Shown here piece after piece: positions 15,301 to 30,300 of a stretch of DNA of 64,000 bases; within the stretch, counting starts at the first letter, position 1, and the number at the start of each line of letters is the position of its first letter. The position numbers and the translations under genes are program-made. This DNA is from Perna viridis. Taxonomy: Eukaryota. The DNA lies in NCBI GenBank assembly GCA_037379345.1, contig CM074512.1, forward strand, positions 59,479,597-59,543,596. The letters are read 5' to 3'. A model generated the notes under the pieces. That model saw nothing but the letters and a program-made list of their open reading frames with translations, was not told where the DNA came from and did no database searches.

Positions 15301-18300
15301 TCAAAAAGTAGTCATAAATACAATTTTTTTTGTCTTTAATTATGGCCTACTTTCAATTAATACTTTTGTAATATATTGATTTTCTAAAAACTAACATTTT
15401 AAGAAGCCCAAAGAAACAAGTAACATTAGCTAAGTGTAACTACATGTTTAACTTTATATTACAAAAAAACAAAAAGCAAAATCATTCTGACCTCTCTTGC
15501 TGCATCTATTTTATGCTCTGTTTGTTCAGAAATCTGCAGTTTTTCTGACACTTCTTGTGATGTCATTTTAGAAGTCTGTAGAGTGTTGACAAGTTGTTCA
15601 TCATCTAATAAAGAACCCTCTGTCTCATTCAATAACCTGAAATCATCAAACTACATGTAAATAAAATTCTCTTGCTAAATCAGATTTGAGGAAAAACACA
15701 GGACTTGAGGAAATTCCCAACTTAAGATTTTTTTGTGAAACCCAGATCAGATCATGTAATGGGTGATTAACACCAGCAACTATACTGCACTTAAAATGTT
15801 ATTAAATGAAGAAAACATTTGCCCTCACTTAAATTTTCTAACTATACTATTTGTACCACATATATTATTCGTAAAATTTTAATTTGCCTGTTATTACATA
15901 TTTGTTCAATGAGCACATTTTGGGCTAAACAATCAATTTTTCTTCTTTATAAGATGTTAAACATCTGAATGCAAAACAAACAAAACACAATACAACACAA
16001 ACATGAAATTAAATTTTCATTATATACATTTTTGTAAACCTCCACTCCTTCCATGTTGTGAAAAATTAGAATGTCTAGGAAAGTTGATAATGGACACAAC
16101 CTGAATCCCTCTCAACATAAGACTCACCTATCTAAAGCCAAAAACCACATTTGAAATCAATCAGTCCATTGACAGCAAAGAAAGAAATTATTTTCTCTGT
16201 CATTCTATCGAAAAATGGTTAAGTCCAACAAAACAGAAAGTTGATGTCATTAGACAAAAATCAAAATTACAACCTTTGCCCAATCTTTATTAACCTACAT
16301 ACAAAACTTGAAATCAATCTATCAATTTGAAGTAAAGATAATTGTGATGAAATCCACACAGGCAGAATGATGGACAAGGTGATTCCAATATACAAAGCAC
16401 TTGTTGAGTGGGGATATAGCAGTATCAAAAAATTTAATACAGACATTTCATTTGATAGAAGAAGTATATAAAACCTCCCCTTTCTTCATAAAACTTTTTT
16501 TAATCTTGGTCTCAAGAGCACCTTACTAATACTTCTACTAAACCTGTATTTTTAAAGTAGGTAAATAGGTATGGACAGCAAGTGATGACATAAACCTACA
16601 TCAACTTTTGATCAACATAAAACAGATATTCTTTCTTACATTGACTTTGATAATTAGTTTGTAAAGATAAAGCAACACTTCTGCACCTGAGAATTTCATC
16701 TTCACACTCCTCAAGTTTCTTCCTACCACTAGCAATACTCTTCACCAACTGATCTTTTGTTTCTTCCAGCTCTGCTTTCTCTTTCTTTACAACAATACCA
16801 AGGAATTGACCCTCCAAACCTACATCAGAAACATAAAACTAGCAAAAACCTGATTTTTTGGAAACATTTTGTCAATGTGTCTTGGTATAGAATATTCACT
16901 ATAAGATTATCATACAAAGAAAATGAGTTATTCCCAATTGAAAATGCATTAAATCTATTAGAATTCTCAAGATCAAGCACCATGTATATAATTTCTTACC
17001 TTGTTCTTTGACAGCAAAGTTGACAATGGTGGTCTTTGTTGATATTTCTGGGGTAAAGTGGGGATTACTAAGCCGTGTAGTAATGTAGAATCTAAAGTCA
17101 GCATTATATTCTATTTCTTTGTCTCCTACTTTCATGTAAGTTTTACCAGCTAGAACAGGTAATTCAATTATCATTGAGCAAATAAAAGATAAACTCTGAA
17201 GCTCAAACTTGTAATATCTGACAAAAAACAGCCTTTTAACTTTTGATCTTTACATGTGTCTTCGATAGGCATGTGACATTGATCACACAAGAAAAACATG
17301 CATATACATAGCGTGCTGAATTACTTCTGCTACTTTGCATACCTTTGCAAATGCTATAATGCAGCAGAGTTACTTTATGTCCATATCAGACAAAATTTTA
17401 TAATTAAACACAATTAAAACACTTATTTCTATTGTACCCAAGTGTTTTATTTTACCACAGTTTACTTTACATTTACTTAGTCCCTTTCTATTTGTAACTT
17501 TGTGATCCCAAAACGTATGTCTTAATGCTCTGAACTTTCCCTCTTTGTTCATCTGCAAAAATAATTGGGTAATGGCATCATAAAATCATAGGACCAAAGT
17601 TCTGACCAGAGAACTTTTCAGGTATCGTCATTAGAGAATGATTAAATCTTACCCTTGGGTGTCTGAGATATCTCTATATTGCACTCATATAGGTAATATA
17701 GGTGTTATATTCTTAATATCTTAAATACAACAAATTGTGAGTAACAATTAAAGTTCTCAATTACTGGTAAATGCATACATAATACACCATACTTTGAATA
17801 TGACTGCTGTATATTTATATACAATATTAAAACTCACATTTTTTCACTAGAGATTTATTCAATATGGGATCCAATGAAGGTTCCAGTTTCTCCTGGACAT
17901 TTTGTAATAATACAGATGAACCAGACTGTATACCAGTCTCTAAGGTCTTCATATAATCTGTTTGTTGGAAATCTATTAACTTAAGACCCTACAGCAAATC
18001 AGTAGAGAATATGTCATTTTAAAATAAACTATATAACATTAAACCAAGATAGCTACACACAGCCCTATGTCCCTTACCACATCCATATGTCCCTAACCAC
18101 AGCCCTTTGTCCCTAACCACAACTCTATGACTCTACACACAACCCTACATGTATGTCCCTAACCACAGCCCTTTGCCCCTAACCACAACCCTATGACTCT
18201 ACACACAGCCCTTTGTCCCTATACACAGCCCTATGTCACTAACCACAGCCCTGTGTCCCTAACCACAGCCGTATGCCCCTAACCACAGCCCTTTGTCTCT

Positions 18301-21300
18301 AACTATAGCCCTATGTCCCTACACACAGCCTTATGACCCTAACCACAGTCCTTTGTCCCTACACACAGCCTTATGTCCCTAACAACAGCCCTTTGTGCCT
18401 ACACACAGCCCTATGTCCCTAACCACATCCCTATGTCCCTATACATAGGCCTTTGTCCCTAACCACAGCCCAATGTCCATACACACAGCCTTATGTCCCT
18501 AACCACAGTGAAGTTAAAAAAAAAACAATATAAATACAATACACACATCATTGAAATCCCTATATACTGTGGAGGTATAACACTCACAAAGCATATATAT
18601 ATATATATTTATTTATTCATTTATTTACAACTAAAATGAGAATTATCTCAATGACCATAGAGGCTATATGTCTACAAAGGCAAGGAATGAAATTTAAATA
18701 AAAAAAATAATCATTAAAAGAACACTAGTATAAATCAAATCCAATGTTCATGATAGTGTAAAAAATACTCTTATCTTTCTTTTGTGAGCAAAGCTCATTT
18801 AATGATTCTCCCTCATTGCTTAAAAATGAGTCAACAAATTGCTACAGAAAATGTCAACTTTAGTTTAGATCAAAATCTTATATTGAAAATACTATCAAGT
18901 ACAGTACCTGAACTAATCTGTGCAACTATAATTGCCTTTGGTCAAGGATCATCAATCAGTTTGCAAACAATTATTGATCCATCTAACTGATCTGTTAAAT
19001 CAGTGATTGCATGATGTGACCACTGCATTGTAAATATTTTTTACAGATTCTGTTGTTTCGTTTGTCAATATTTACACATATTTACTTAATACAACAGATT
19101 TAAACAACAATTAATTACTTTTAATTTACATTCGTTTTATTTTTAACAAAATACAATACATTATTTGGATTTAATATCTTAAATTCATGACAGATTTAAT
19201 ATGGTATTATATTAAATTTGTTCAAATGGAAATTCTCAAATTTACATGAACCAATCATCTGTCAATTTACAATAATAAAATTGTGATCAGATTGGTCAAC
19301 CATCATCGATTATCAATGCATCAGCAGTCATCAAAAAGTCAAACAGTTGCATGGATCGGTTCAGGGACTGAAACAAAGAATGCCAGAAATTTTAATTGCA
19401 TTCTTTAGTTTGTCAAGTGACTAGCAGATAGAGACACCTCTACTGTATTATAGCAAAGTCTATACTGCTGTGTTGCGGTTGGAGGGGTGCAGAAATTTAG
19501 ACAAATTATGTAGCGAACTAACCTTGTCAATTTCCATATTTTTTATCCATTTGACTGCCTGTCCCTGTGGATCTATCATCAAGGGCCACCTTCTGAATGT
19601 TGTAACAATCACACCATTTTCCGTGGAGAAGTTGTCACTGGGTAGGCCTTGTAAATTCCATTCTCTGACTTGGGTTGGTTTGGACATAAACTCACAGAAC
19701 TCAAATGTAGGGGTACAAGGAATTCCTAACTTTATTATCTGTTTATAGAATATAAAGTCAGTTAATACATGTACTCATAATTATGTTCAGTGTGAAATGT
19801 ATTGATTTCATTCAGAAAGATTTTGTGATCTCTTCTGTCTGCTTATATAACTTAATTATAACATGAATTTAATATTTTTTGTCATCAAAAACTAATGTCA
19901 TAGGTTGACTTAAACTTTAATTAGTAAGTTACATTATGTCATTACTACACAAAGACGTCATGTATTAGCACCATGTGTATTTATACCAACCTGGGGAATC
20001 CAAGTTTTTCTAACAATGCTTTCCCTGTAGTTTGACAAGAATGGTCCCATATAAGACAGGAATGCAGCTGCTACCATACAATCCCCAGGAAGGTAACTGA
20101 TCTTCTCACCAAGAATCTGCAAGACAATTTACTTTGTAAAGCCCACCAGTCTGTGATCTAAAGACCACAAGCCTCTCTTAAATCTCCAAACCTGAACATA
20201 TTTCTCTCAGCTGATTCTCTTGTACCAGTTACTCAACCCACTCCGGTAAACTCATAAATATCCCTTTAATTTTCTTGCAGTCCCTCCAGGTTGTGACCTT
20301 TTATCCTTGATTCATCAACTTTGATCAAAAACACTCTCTTAAATCTCTCATTATGAACATTTTCCTCATATCTTACCCTGTCTTACACAAGTTCTTTCAG
20401 TCTGTGGCTCTCAATTTTTCACCTACAAACTTCACTTTAATCTCTCATTATGAAAACTTTTCTCCTATCTCTCTTGTACAAGTATCTCCAGTCTGTGACC
20501 ACTCACCCATGGCCTTCAACTTTGACCCACAAACCTCTCTTTAATCTTCTAACCTGAACAGTTTCCTCCCATCTAACCCTTTCTTCTGCCAGTCCTTCCA
20601 CAAGTTTAGCAGCTCTCTCCAACATCATTTCAGTATAATCAGCTTTCCTCTTTAAATCTTCTTTTTGTTCTAGTTTTTCATCATATACCTTTTTAAGTTG
20701 CTCCATTTTAGCTTTCACCTAAATAAACCAAATACAACATGTATGATGCTGAAAGAAAATCATGTCATTAAGGTTTAAGTGAAGTTGTTTTCTTCTTACA
20801 TTTGATACTTAACAAGTCTCTCAAACCCCATTAATCACAGCAAAATATATACTCAATATGTTTGTTGATTCACCATGAATTAGATTACAAAACAGAGCAA
20901 GAAAGAAATAGTATCTTTGAATACCATACCTCTTCTAGTTTCTCCTGTGCCTCAGCAAGGGCTGCTTGTTTCTCGTTAAGTTGCTTCATAGCTATGTTTA
21001 GTCTTTGTTGTTTTGGCTGAACAACTCTATAAACTCGTCCATACAGCTCCATTGCTCGCACCCAAAGGCACAATGACTTTGCAGCTAAAGAAACACGGCC
21101 AACTATCTCTGGTCTAAAGTCACTTTGATTGACATAATGACTGCTGATTCTCTTCAACATTTTGTCAGAGATATTGTCTTTGTCATAGGCAACAAGTTTG
21201 TTGATGAAATTTGGATCACCTTTAGAAAAAAAGAAAAATTATATAACAAGATGTTGTATGCTACCTCATGCTTAGAATACTTCCACTCGATCATTTCTGT

Positions 21301-24300
21301 CAAATCTGGAAAAAGAAGACACTGTGCATCACCTAAAAAATTAATAAGGTGTGCAGTAATGAAAAAGTAGATGAATAAGGAAACTTGAGAGGGGAGATAT
21401 GGTACAAGTCATCATAAAAAAGTGATATACCAAATATCTAAGCATTCCCACCTATAAGGCTCAGATTTCTGTAACATTTCACTTGATTTTGGTGTATTTT
21501 AGCTCTTGTTCAAATACAGCCAAAAAAAACTTTCTTTTTACATTGGTCTCAATCAAAAAAACATGCAGAACTACTTCTAAATTTTTTCAAATCAATTTTT
21601 TACATTAGCTTAAAACCTACTTTATGTAAATTTCTTTAAACATTCTTCCATGTGAAAGAATACTACAATCTAATTGGTTCATTACAAGGATATATTTCAT
21701 ATTTACAGAATATTTCAACCCATATATTTCTGAGTAATATGACTAAGTGTAACTATCACCAATTTCCATAATATTTCACGAAAATCAAAATCCTTTGGCC
21801 CTGCACACCTTCATCATGTGCAGAAATATCCTGTAAAATATTATAGATGTAGTTCAAAAACTGTATGAGGAAATAGCTGGACAAGCCATACAGCCCTATT
21901 TCTGATGAAAATTACTAAGTATAACTATCACCGATTTCCACAATATTTCACGAAAATCAAAATCCTTTGGCCCTGCACACCTTCATCATGTGTAGAAATA
22001 TCCTGTAAAATATTTTAGATGCAGTTCAAAAACTGTACGAGGAGATAGCTGGACAAGTCAGGATCATGCATAATCAGGACGGACGGACAAACGGCACAAA
22101 AGACTAACGCACGAAAGGACGGACATGAGAAACATGACTTACCGGTTACTTTGCTTGCCTCTGACCATGTTGGCTCAATGCCCTATACAAAAAGAAAGGG
22201 AATAACTGTTTTTTTGGCCTCTGACCATGTCGGCTCACTATATCTTAGAAACAAAACTTACCTAACTGTTTTTTTACCTCTAACAATGTTGGCTATCTAC
22301 ATCTTAAAACATGACTAACCTAACTGTTTTTTGGCCTCTGACCACGTTGGCTCACTATATCTTAGAAACATGACTTACCTGACTGTTTTTTGGCCTCTGA
22401 CCACGTTGGCTCACTATATCTTAGAAACATGACTTACCTGACTGTTTTTTGGCCTCTGACCACGTTGGCTCACTATATCTTAGAAACATGACTTACCTGA
22501 CTGTTTTTTTGTCTCTGACCATGTTGGCTATCCATATCTTAGAAACATGAATTACCTGACTGTTTTTTGGCCTCTGACCATGTTGGCTCACTACATTTAC
22601 AAAACATGACTAACCTATTAAACTATTTTTTTGGTGTCTGACCATGTTGGCTCACTATATCTTAGAAACCTAACTTACCTAACTGTTTTTTAGCCTCTGA
22701 CCATGTCGGCTCACTGCCCCTAAGAATCATAACTGCTTCCATGACTTTCTCTACCTGAGCAGGGGGTCGGCCATAAGACCTGATTTCAGTAATGTCATTC
22801 TTATTTAAAGAGTCTAAAGCCTGAAAGGAGACAGAAGAAAAGTAAATGGTATTTTTTTCTTCATGTGGACTAGAATAAAAACAATAGTTAGGAAAGTAAT
22901 ACATAATTGAGGTTTTTGAATAATTTCTTCATTGTTTTCTTAGTTCTCATTATAAATTTTGATATTTTTATCCTTTGGAAAAAAATTATTAGCAATTATA
23001 AATGACAATTTTATGTCAAATGTATTGTCACTTATGAACAATGTAAATTTTGAAGGACTTCATAATTTTTCCCTTTTAGACTTGTTGGAATTTATGTTCA
23101 AACTGATAAATATATATATACATATACCTCAATAGCCTCTTTAAGTGCAGGCATTGCTTCATCTAGATCATGTTGGGCTATTTCTGCCATATGTTTACAC
23201 TTGGTTTCTTCTTCTGCAATTCTCTCACTCTTCTGAGTCACAGCCTACAGTAAACAGGACATACAATTCATAATCTGAGTTTTGCTCTTATAAGTCCAAT
23301 AAGTAAAATTAGGAATAAGAAAAGAATGTCATCTGTACTATTTATAACTGCCATCAATCGAGTAACAACAATTCAAAAAATAACATCAGACTGAAATGGA
23401 CAATATGTACTATACTGGCCGATATCGACTATGCTGACAATCTAGTACTGCTATCACATACAGAAGATATCATATTGCAAGAGAAAAGTTAGAAAAGAAT
23501 GCTGAAATGATTGGACTTAAGGTCTATGCAAAGAATACTATGTAAAGACAGAGGGAAAACAACTTATTATATTAGATTCACTTAAGTAGTTAAGTTACAA
23601 CAGATAATGCCATAAAGGTCAGAGTTGGCAAGGTAAGGGCAGTATTCACCTTATAAGGCAACATTTAGAAAACAACAGCTTTTTCAAAGACATCAAAACT
23701 TAAACTCTATGATAGTTGTGTATTATCTGTAGGGCTCTGTGTGCTAGAGAATAACAGAAGCTCTGTCTTCCTTAACAACTGCCTTCTCAGGATAAGAAAA
23801 TTCTTGCCACATAAAATCTTCAATGTAGACTTGATCAGAATAACACACACCAAAGATATGGAGACTGTCTGGTAACCAGATAGACACATGATCAGTTCGG
23901 GCCATAACCTCCAAATTTAATTCGATCCTACCTTTTTTGACCAATTTCATAATAATCAATATTCTCACATTTATTGTTTGGAAACCAGATATCTGTAGAT
24001 TAAGCCAATGTCATCTCATAACATTTTATATGTACTACTGTGAACGTACTATTGTTCGTGGGGTACCAATTTTTGTGTATTTCGTGGGTAAGGTAAACCA
24101 TGAAATTTTGTTCCCAACAAAAAGGATTATTTATTTCAAATTGTATGACAGGATCATCAAAACCGCTAATTCAAGAATCCATGAACTTGTGCTTTTCCTC
24201 TAAACCACGGAAATTGTTACCCATGATTACCTTCATAGTATAACAATTTTTTGCAATAATATAGAAATGAAACAAAATCCAATTATAGCTGCAAGAACTA

Positions 24301-27300
24301 ACAGACCTTCCTATCGCCACAGTACCGTGGAAATACTTCAGAAATAAGCTTTATTAAGAAAAGAGCATTAATCAAGCCATAATTATCAATAAATTTTGTA
24401 TTTCATAGTTTCCATTTAATCAATGTATTTCTGATACTCCTGTAATATTGCACACTTGGTTTTTTTATTCACTATTATTTAGTAAAATTAAGTGGAAATA
24501 TCTTAAAATTTCTACAGAGAAATGTAGTAAAACATTTATGGCTGCTCAAGGCAATTTTTATGAAACACTTAAAAGATACATATCATATGGATAATGGCCC
24601 CTTTCCAAGATTGTATGGTATTGATTAATCTAATGACCTTTTGCTGCTCATCAGCATCTCTCTTCTGTTGTACAATATTGACAAGATACTCATCACATGT
24701 CTTCTGATACTGTATAACTTTCACCCGAGCCTCCTCTAGCTCTTCAGTCATGTTATTAACCTTTGACCTTGTTTCATCAATCTTACTCAGACCATTCTTA
24801 AGTTTGCTGGCTTGGTCACCCAACTCATTTTGTTTGGCAAAGAACAATCTGAAATATAGCACTATGTTATTTCTAATATCTATTAATTCACATTTTATAA
24901 AAAGCATGGGTATTTCATAAGACCTGGTAAAAAATTAGAAGCATTCTTTATGGTTTAATACCTGATAGATTCCATTCAAAATATTAAAAACTGGTTCTTC
25001 TGCAAAACATTATTCTGTTCAGGATTATTTAAGGATTGTGCAAACCAATCAATGGTAATGATGTCACAGTACCCAACAATGTTATACAAAATGATCTGGT
25101 TTGCTCAGAGATCCACCCAATCAGAAAACTGTTTACAAATCAAATTAAATTATATCAAAATATATGGTATATTTTTCATATGGTTCTGTAGTTGAACAAT
25201 TTTGGTGAAATGACCTGTGGTGGCAGATTTCTTACTTTTTATAACCACTGACAAGCTCTAGATAGTTTGTAGGCGTGACATAGTTTTGTCTCTTCATCTC
25301 CAGTAACATCTTCTTAGAGAACTCTGACACAGACTTGTGCATGATAGAGAACATCTTCACCATGTGTGGCTTTATCTTTTCCTGAAAGATAAAAAAACTT
25401 TCAACTGTAATAACATTTAACAGTCTAACAAGAGGCTCCAAGGAGCCTGAATTGCTCATCTGGTTAATTTTGCCATTCAAGGGCAATAAATTTAACAAGA
25501 AGTTGTCCAACAATTTTGACTCAAAAGACTTAAGTAGGACTTATAATAAGGATCATTTCAGCAATTGAAAGTTTCTTTCTATCTATTAAAGTTTTCAAGA
25601 TATTGGCTGAAAACTGTAAAAAAAAAAACAACATTTTTTATCTTTCAAGGGCAATAGCTCTTACAAGGAGTCATCTGACAACTTTGATCCCTAAAGACTT
25701 TGTAGGCCTTATAATATTGATCATTTCAGCAATTGAGAGAATTTGGCTAAACCTAACTGTTTTTGAGATATAATATGTGAAAAACTACTGTCTGACCCCT
25801 ATGTTCTATTTTTAGTAACGACAGCCATGTTTTTCAATGGATCAAAAGTCTCTACATGAGTTCTATGCAGAATAACCCAAGGAACATTCATACTATGTTT
25901 GGTTCCAATTGGTCAAGTTGTGTCACAGGAGAAGATTTTTTAAAGAAAGAATGTTAAAAATAGCAAAAAAACGTCAAAAAAGGGCATTAACTAAAAAACT
26001 CCAACATGGCTTATCAAATTAAAATGAAAATTTGACCACAGATAAATCTCATCCTGCTGAACACTAACAGTTTTGGAGATATATGCGAAAAACTACTGTC
26101 TGACCCCTATGTTCTATTTTTAGTAAGATCATTAATCTTCACATCAGTTCTATGCAGAATACCCCAAGGAACATTCATACCAAGTTTAATTCCAATTGGT
26201 CAAGTAGTATCAGGGAAAAAGAGTTTTGAAACATTGTTAATGATAATGATGATGACGTCGACGGAAGCAAAGTGATGGCAATAACTCAAATGGCCTTCGG
26301 CAAGGTGGGCTAAAAATCTTAAAAGTTTCTTTGATTTTAACTTTCTATTTGTAGACCTTTATTTGAAATTTTGTTACCAGATGTATTTCCCTTTAATGAG
26401 TTTTTAATTTACACATAAAAAGTTTCAAACAGCTGCTTTGCTTGAAAAGAATCAACCAATCAGAAAGCTCAAAAATTATCATTAGATAATGCCATTTTTT
26501 ACCACAAACATCTTCAAGCACCTGCAGTTAACTACCAGTATACCTCTTTTTCAAATCCTAGTGACACATCTTGGAGATATTTGTCAGCAACCTCTACCAG
26601 TGCAACAGCAGGCCATTCACTGAACCAGTCTATAGTAGTACAATTTACAAAGGCTGGGAACATACGCACACGATTCCTATAATAACAAATACCAATATAA
26701 ACCAGTCTATAGTAACAGAATTCATAAATGTTGGAAGCAAACTTACACAACTGATAAAACAATATCAATATCTTCAACCCTTAATTACAATTTTGACCTA
26801 GAACTATTTGTCTTTCTTATTTTAAAAATGAAAAGAATAATTTCATTAAAAGGTCACAAAAAAGGTCACAAAAAAAGAGTTTATTACCAGTGTTTATATA
26901 TTTTTTTTAAAATTAAATCACAAACCTTTGAATTTAATATGACTACCAAGACTTGAGTAAAAGTTGGTGAGGGAAAATGAAATTGTAATTTATGTAACCA
27001 AAGGTCCTGTAAAGTGATAACAATTATATCCTACATCTTTTGTGAACATGGCTAATGTATCAACATTCATTATGTAATAATAAAAATGTGCTTGTTCATT
27101 TCAATAGACAACTGGATGAAAATGACCATACAGTAGATTCTTGTATTTGCACAGAAGTTATAATATTTAATAAAAGATCCTAAGTGTTCCAATATTGACT
27201 CCAACATTGTTGCATATTGTTGTCAAGTGTAAGTACAAAAGGACTGTGCACTGACCATGCAAAAATACATTTTTTTGGTTGTTGAATCAGCCAGATATCA

Positions 27301-30300
27301 AAAAGATTACATCAATACCTATAAATAGTAATTTCAGATTAAAATGGCAGATAGAAAAAAAAAATAACTCAGAAGTGAGATGTATAAATGAAATTTTGAT
27401 TGATATTTAAATAATAATAAATAAATTTATCAAAGGATACATTGTACACATACAAGGATGTCTAAAACATTAAAATTTATATACTGATTAAACAACATGG
27501 TTATACGGCATCAATTTACACTGATGAGTATGATCCCTTGCAGAGTGTTCAGGTGTTATAATAACTAGTTTGGACAATATGCAGTAATCCTTCAATACCA
27601 ATATCTTAACCATTTATCTTATTCCACTCTCAGTATGATACTATTTGGATATATTTTAATATGATATATATATAACATTATTACACCTATGTCATAAACC
27701 AACCCTCAACCAATATCAATGTCTGTGCAAACTTTTTCTTATCTAAACTTCTGGTATACTGAGAAAAATTATCTTCTGAGTTTATAAAACTTGATGTTGA
27801 TCTCTTCTTGAACTTAAATTGACATCTCTGAGAGCAAGCTCACAAAGAGATACAAATGGAATTGACTGTTAAATGATTAAAATTGAATTATGCATTTTCC
27901 CAGTAAATTTCAGTAAAACTCCTTGGGCATTTAAGAGGAGTTGTGCTATGAACAAGGTTTTAACAAGTTGGATTATCACCCTTTCAAGTCCTCCAATAAT
28001 AATAAATATACCTTTGTGCACATGTACATTATGATGCCCAACCTTCCTATAAAATTTCTTCAAAATTCCTTGGGTAGATTGGAAAAAAATAATGCCTGCA
28101 AGATATATGGTTAGATTACCAGGTGGATGGACACATGGACAGACAGACAAGGAGGTTCCTATACAATGTGTTAGCAGGAGGTAGTGGTGATAATGATTAC
28201 CTGAAAGGAGGATGTTTTCTTCTTAAATGCCCATACAGATAAACCCTCATGAAAACAAAACAGACCAGTTAGATCAGCTCAACAACTAAATACATTCATA
28301 TCAAAGTGCAACCATATCCACACTGCACTCAGAGGCTCTTGCCTAAAAAGATCTCCAACAGGACTCATGCACATTATGATATGCAGATTTGAACGAACAC
28401 GTTCAATGAAAAAAGAGAAAACACTCTGTTGTGTATCCTCACATCCCTCATCTAGTACTACCTCTTCTAAAGCTTGTTTGACCTATCAATTGCCAAAAGA
28501 AGATAAAACATAGCTTGGGTGTGTATATGCTTTGAAATCATCAATGCTTAGACTATAACCTATGCTATTCTACAATGCTCTACAGTTCTGGTTTCAACTT
28601 AGATTTGAAATGTAGTTAATATGTTATTTTAATATGACGTCTTCGTATCGTCAATCAGTATATGTCGGTACAACCCCACCTTAAGCACCTGCACACTGTC
28701 TCTTCTCGTTTGCTGTCGGTTTTGATATGAGTTTTGAAAGAAAACATAGACTTCTGTCAAAAATTCTGTCATTTTCACTGCATTCATTGCCTTGGCTAAT
28801 TTTTTTTTTCTGATGTACATGTAAACACCTTAACATTCTACCTTCATGTAGATCTACATATGCCCAGCCTACCTATACAATTTTATAAAAATCCCTTGAG
28901 CAGTTTAGAAGGAGTTGCACTTGATATGAGCTTTTAACATTTAAAATAAATACCGAATTTGGACTACTCCAACCATACTTATATTCTTTCATGCACATCT
29001 GAATAACCATCAAAATCCCTTGAACAGCTGAGGAGGAGTTGTGCTTACAAGAATTTAAAATGTAAATACTCTTAATTTAAATTATCTCCCTTTGCAGACA
29101 TTAGACAATAACAAATGTATAAAACTCCTTAATGCACATCTGTATATAATGCCCAACCTTCCTATCTAATTTAATCAAAATCCTTTGGATGGTTAAGGAT
29201 GAGTTGAACTAACGAGATATGGGGTATAATTATTTAGCACAATGTGAAGATTTGATAGAACATATTGAAGATTTAGAATTGTTGAAAAAAAGTTTCTAAA
29301 AATTAATGACTAGCCTTTTTCAAATCCATTGCAAAATACATAAAAGACTGCAGAATATGTACAGTTCAGATTGGTTTCCAGCCTATCCAGGTTCAAAATA
29401 CATCTTATCTAAAGGAACTTAAAAGTTTGTCTGGTGTAGACAGGTTTTCAGTTTATTCTGGGTTCAGTTTACAGAGATTTTTGGTTTATTCAGGGTTCAG
29501 TTTCAACAGTTTAGTTCACAAGAGACAAGAAAATTCCTATTTTAGCTGTGCAAGATTTCCTTTTCTCACCCATGGGCTAAGACAGAACACTTTGCTTTGC
29601 CATAAAAATGGCACAAATGTATGTAAAGAGTTTGTAAACGATCATGTCTTACCAATATGTGTTTGAAAATTCATGAAAATTATTAATGTTAAGGAGAATA
29701 ACTGCTGATTGATTACTTCATGCAGTTTATTTATTCATTGACTCTTTTGAAGTGACCTATATTTTATATCTGGTCGTGATGTATCACTGGCCACATTGAT
29801 ATGTCATAATCAGCTGTGAAATGTAGGGTAAATTTAATTCAAAACAATTAATCAAAAAATAAACTCAATTTGAGAAAAAGAATCAAACACCAGCTTTACT
29901 AATACAATATTAGGAAATCTCAGACACCCTTGGATATGATATAATAGGTCTCTAACTCTGTGGATATATCCCTGTCTTGCACAGGTGATAGACTTTTAAT
30001 ATCTTTATTAAGAAAATCAAGAAAAAAGTTCTTTTTGCTGAAACTGGCACTAAGGAAAAACTTCTGATTACATGAAATCAAAATTGGGGAGAAATAAGCA
30101 ATTTCTAGCCTTCTCTGAATGTATTAAATACATACCTCCTCAAATTCCTCTTCAGTATAAAGGCCAGGTATCTCTCCACTACTAAGAATGTTATTAATGT
30201 CTTCAAGGAAACCTTCATCTACAACCTGGTTATCACTAAATAGAAACACTGTTGCCTTGTCTAGCACTCCTGCTTGCCAGTATAGTCTCTTAAGATCTGT

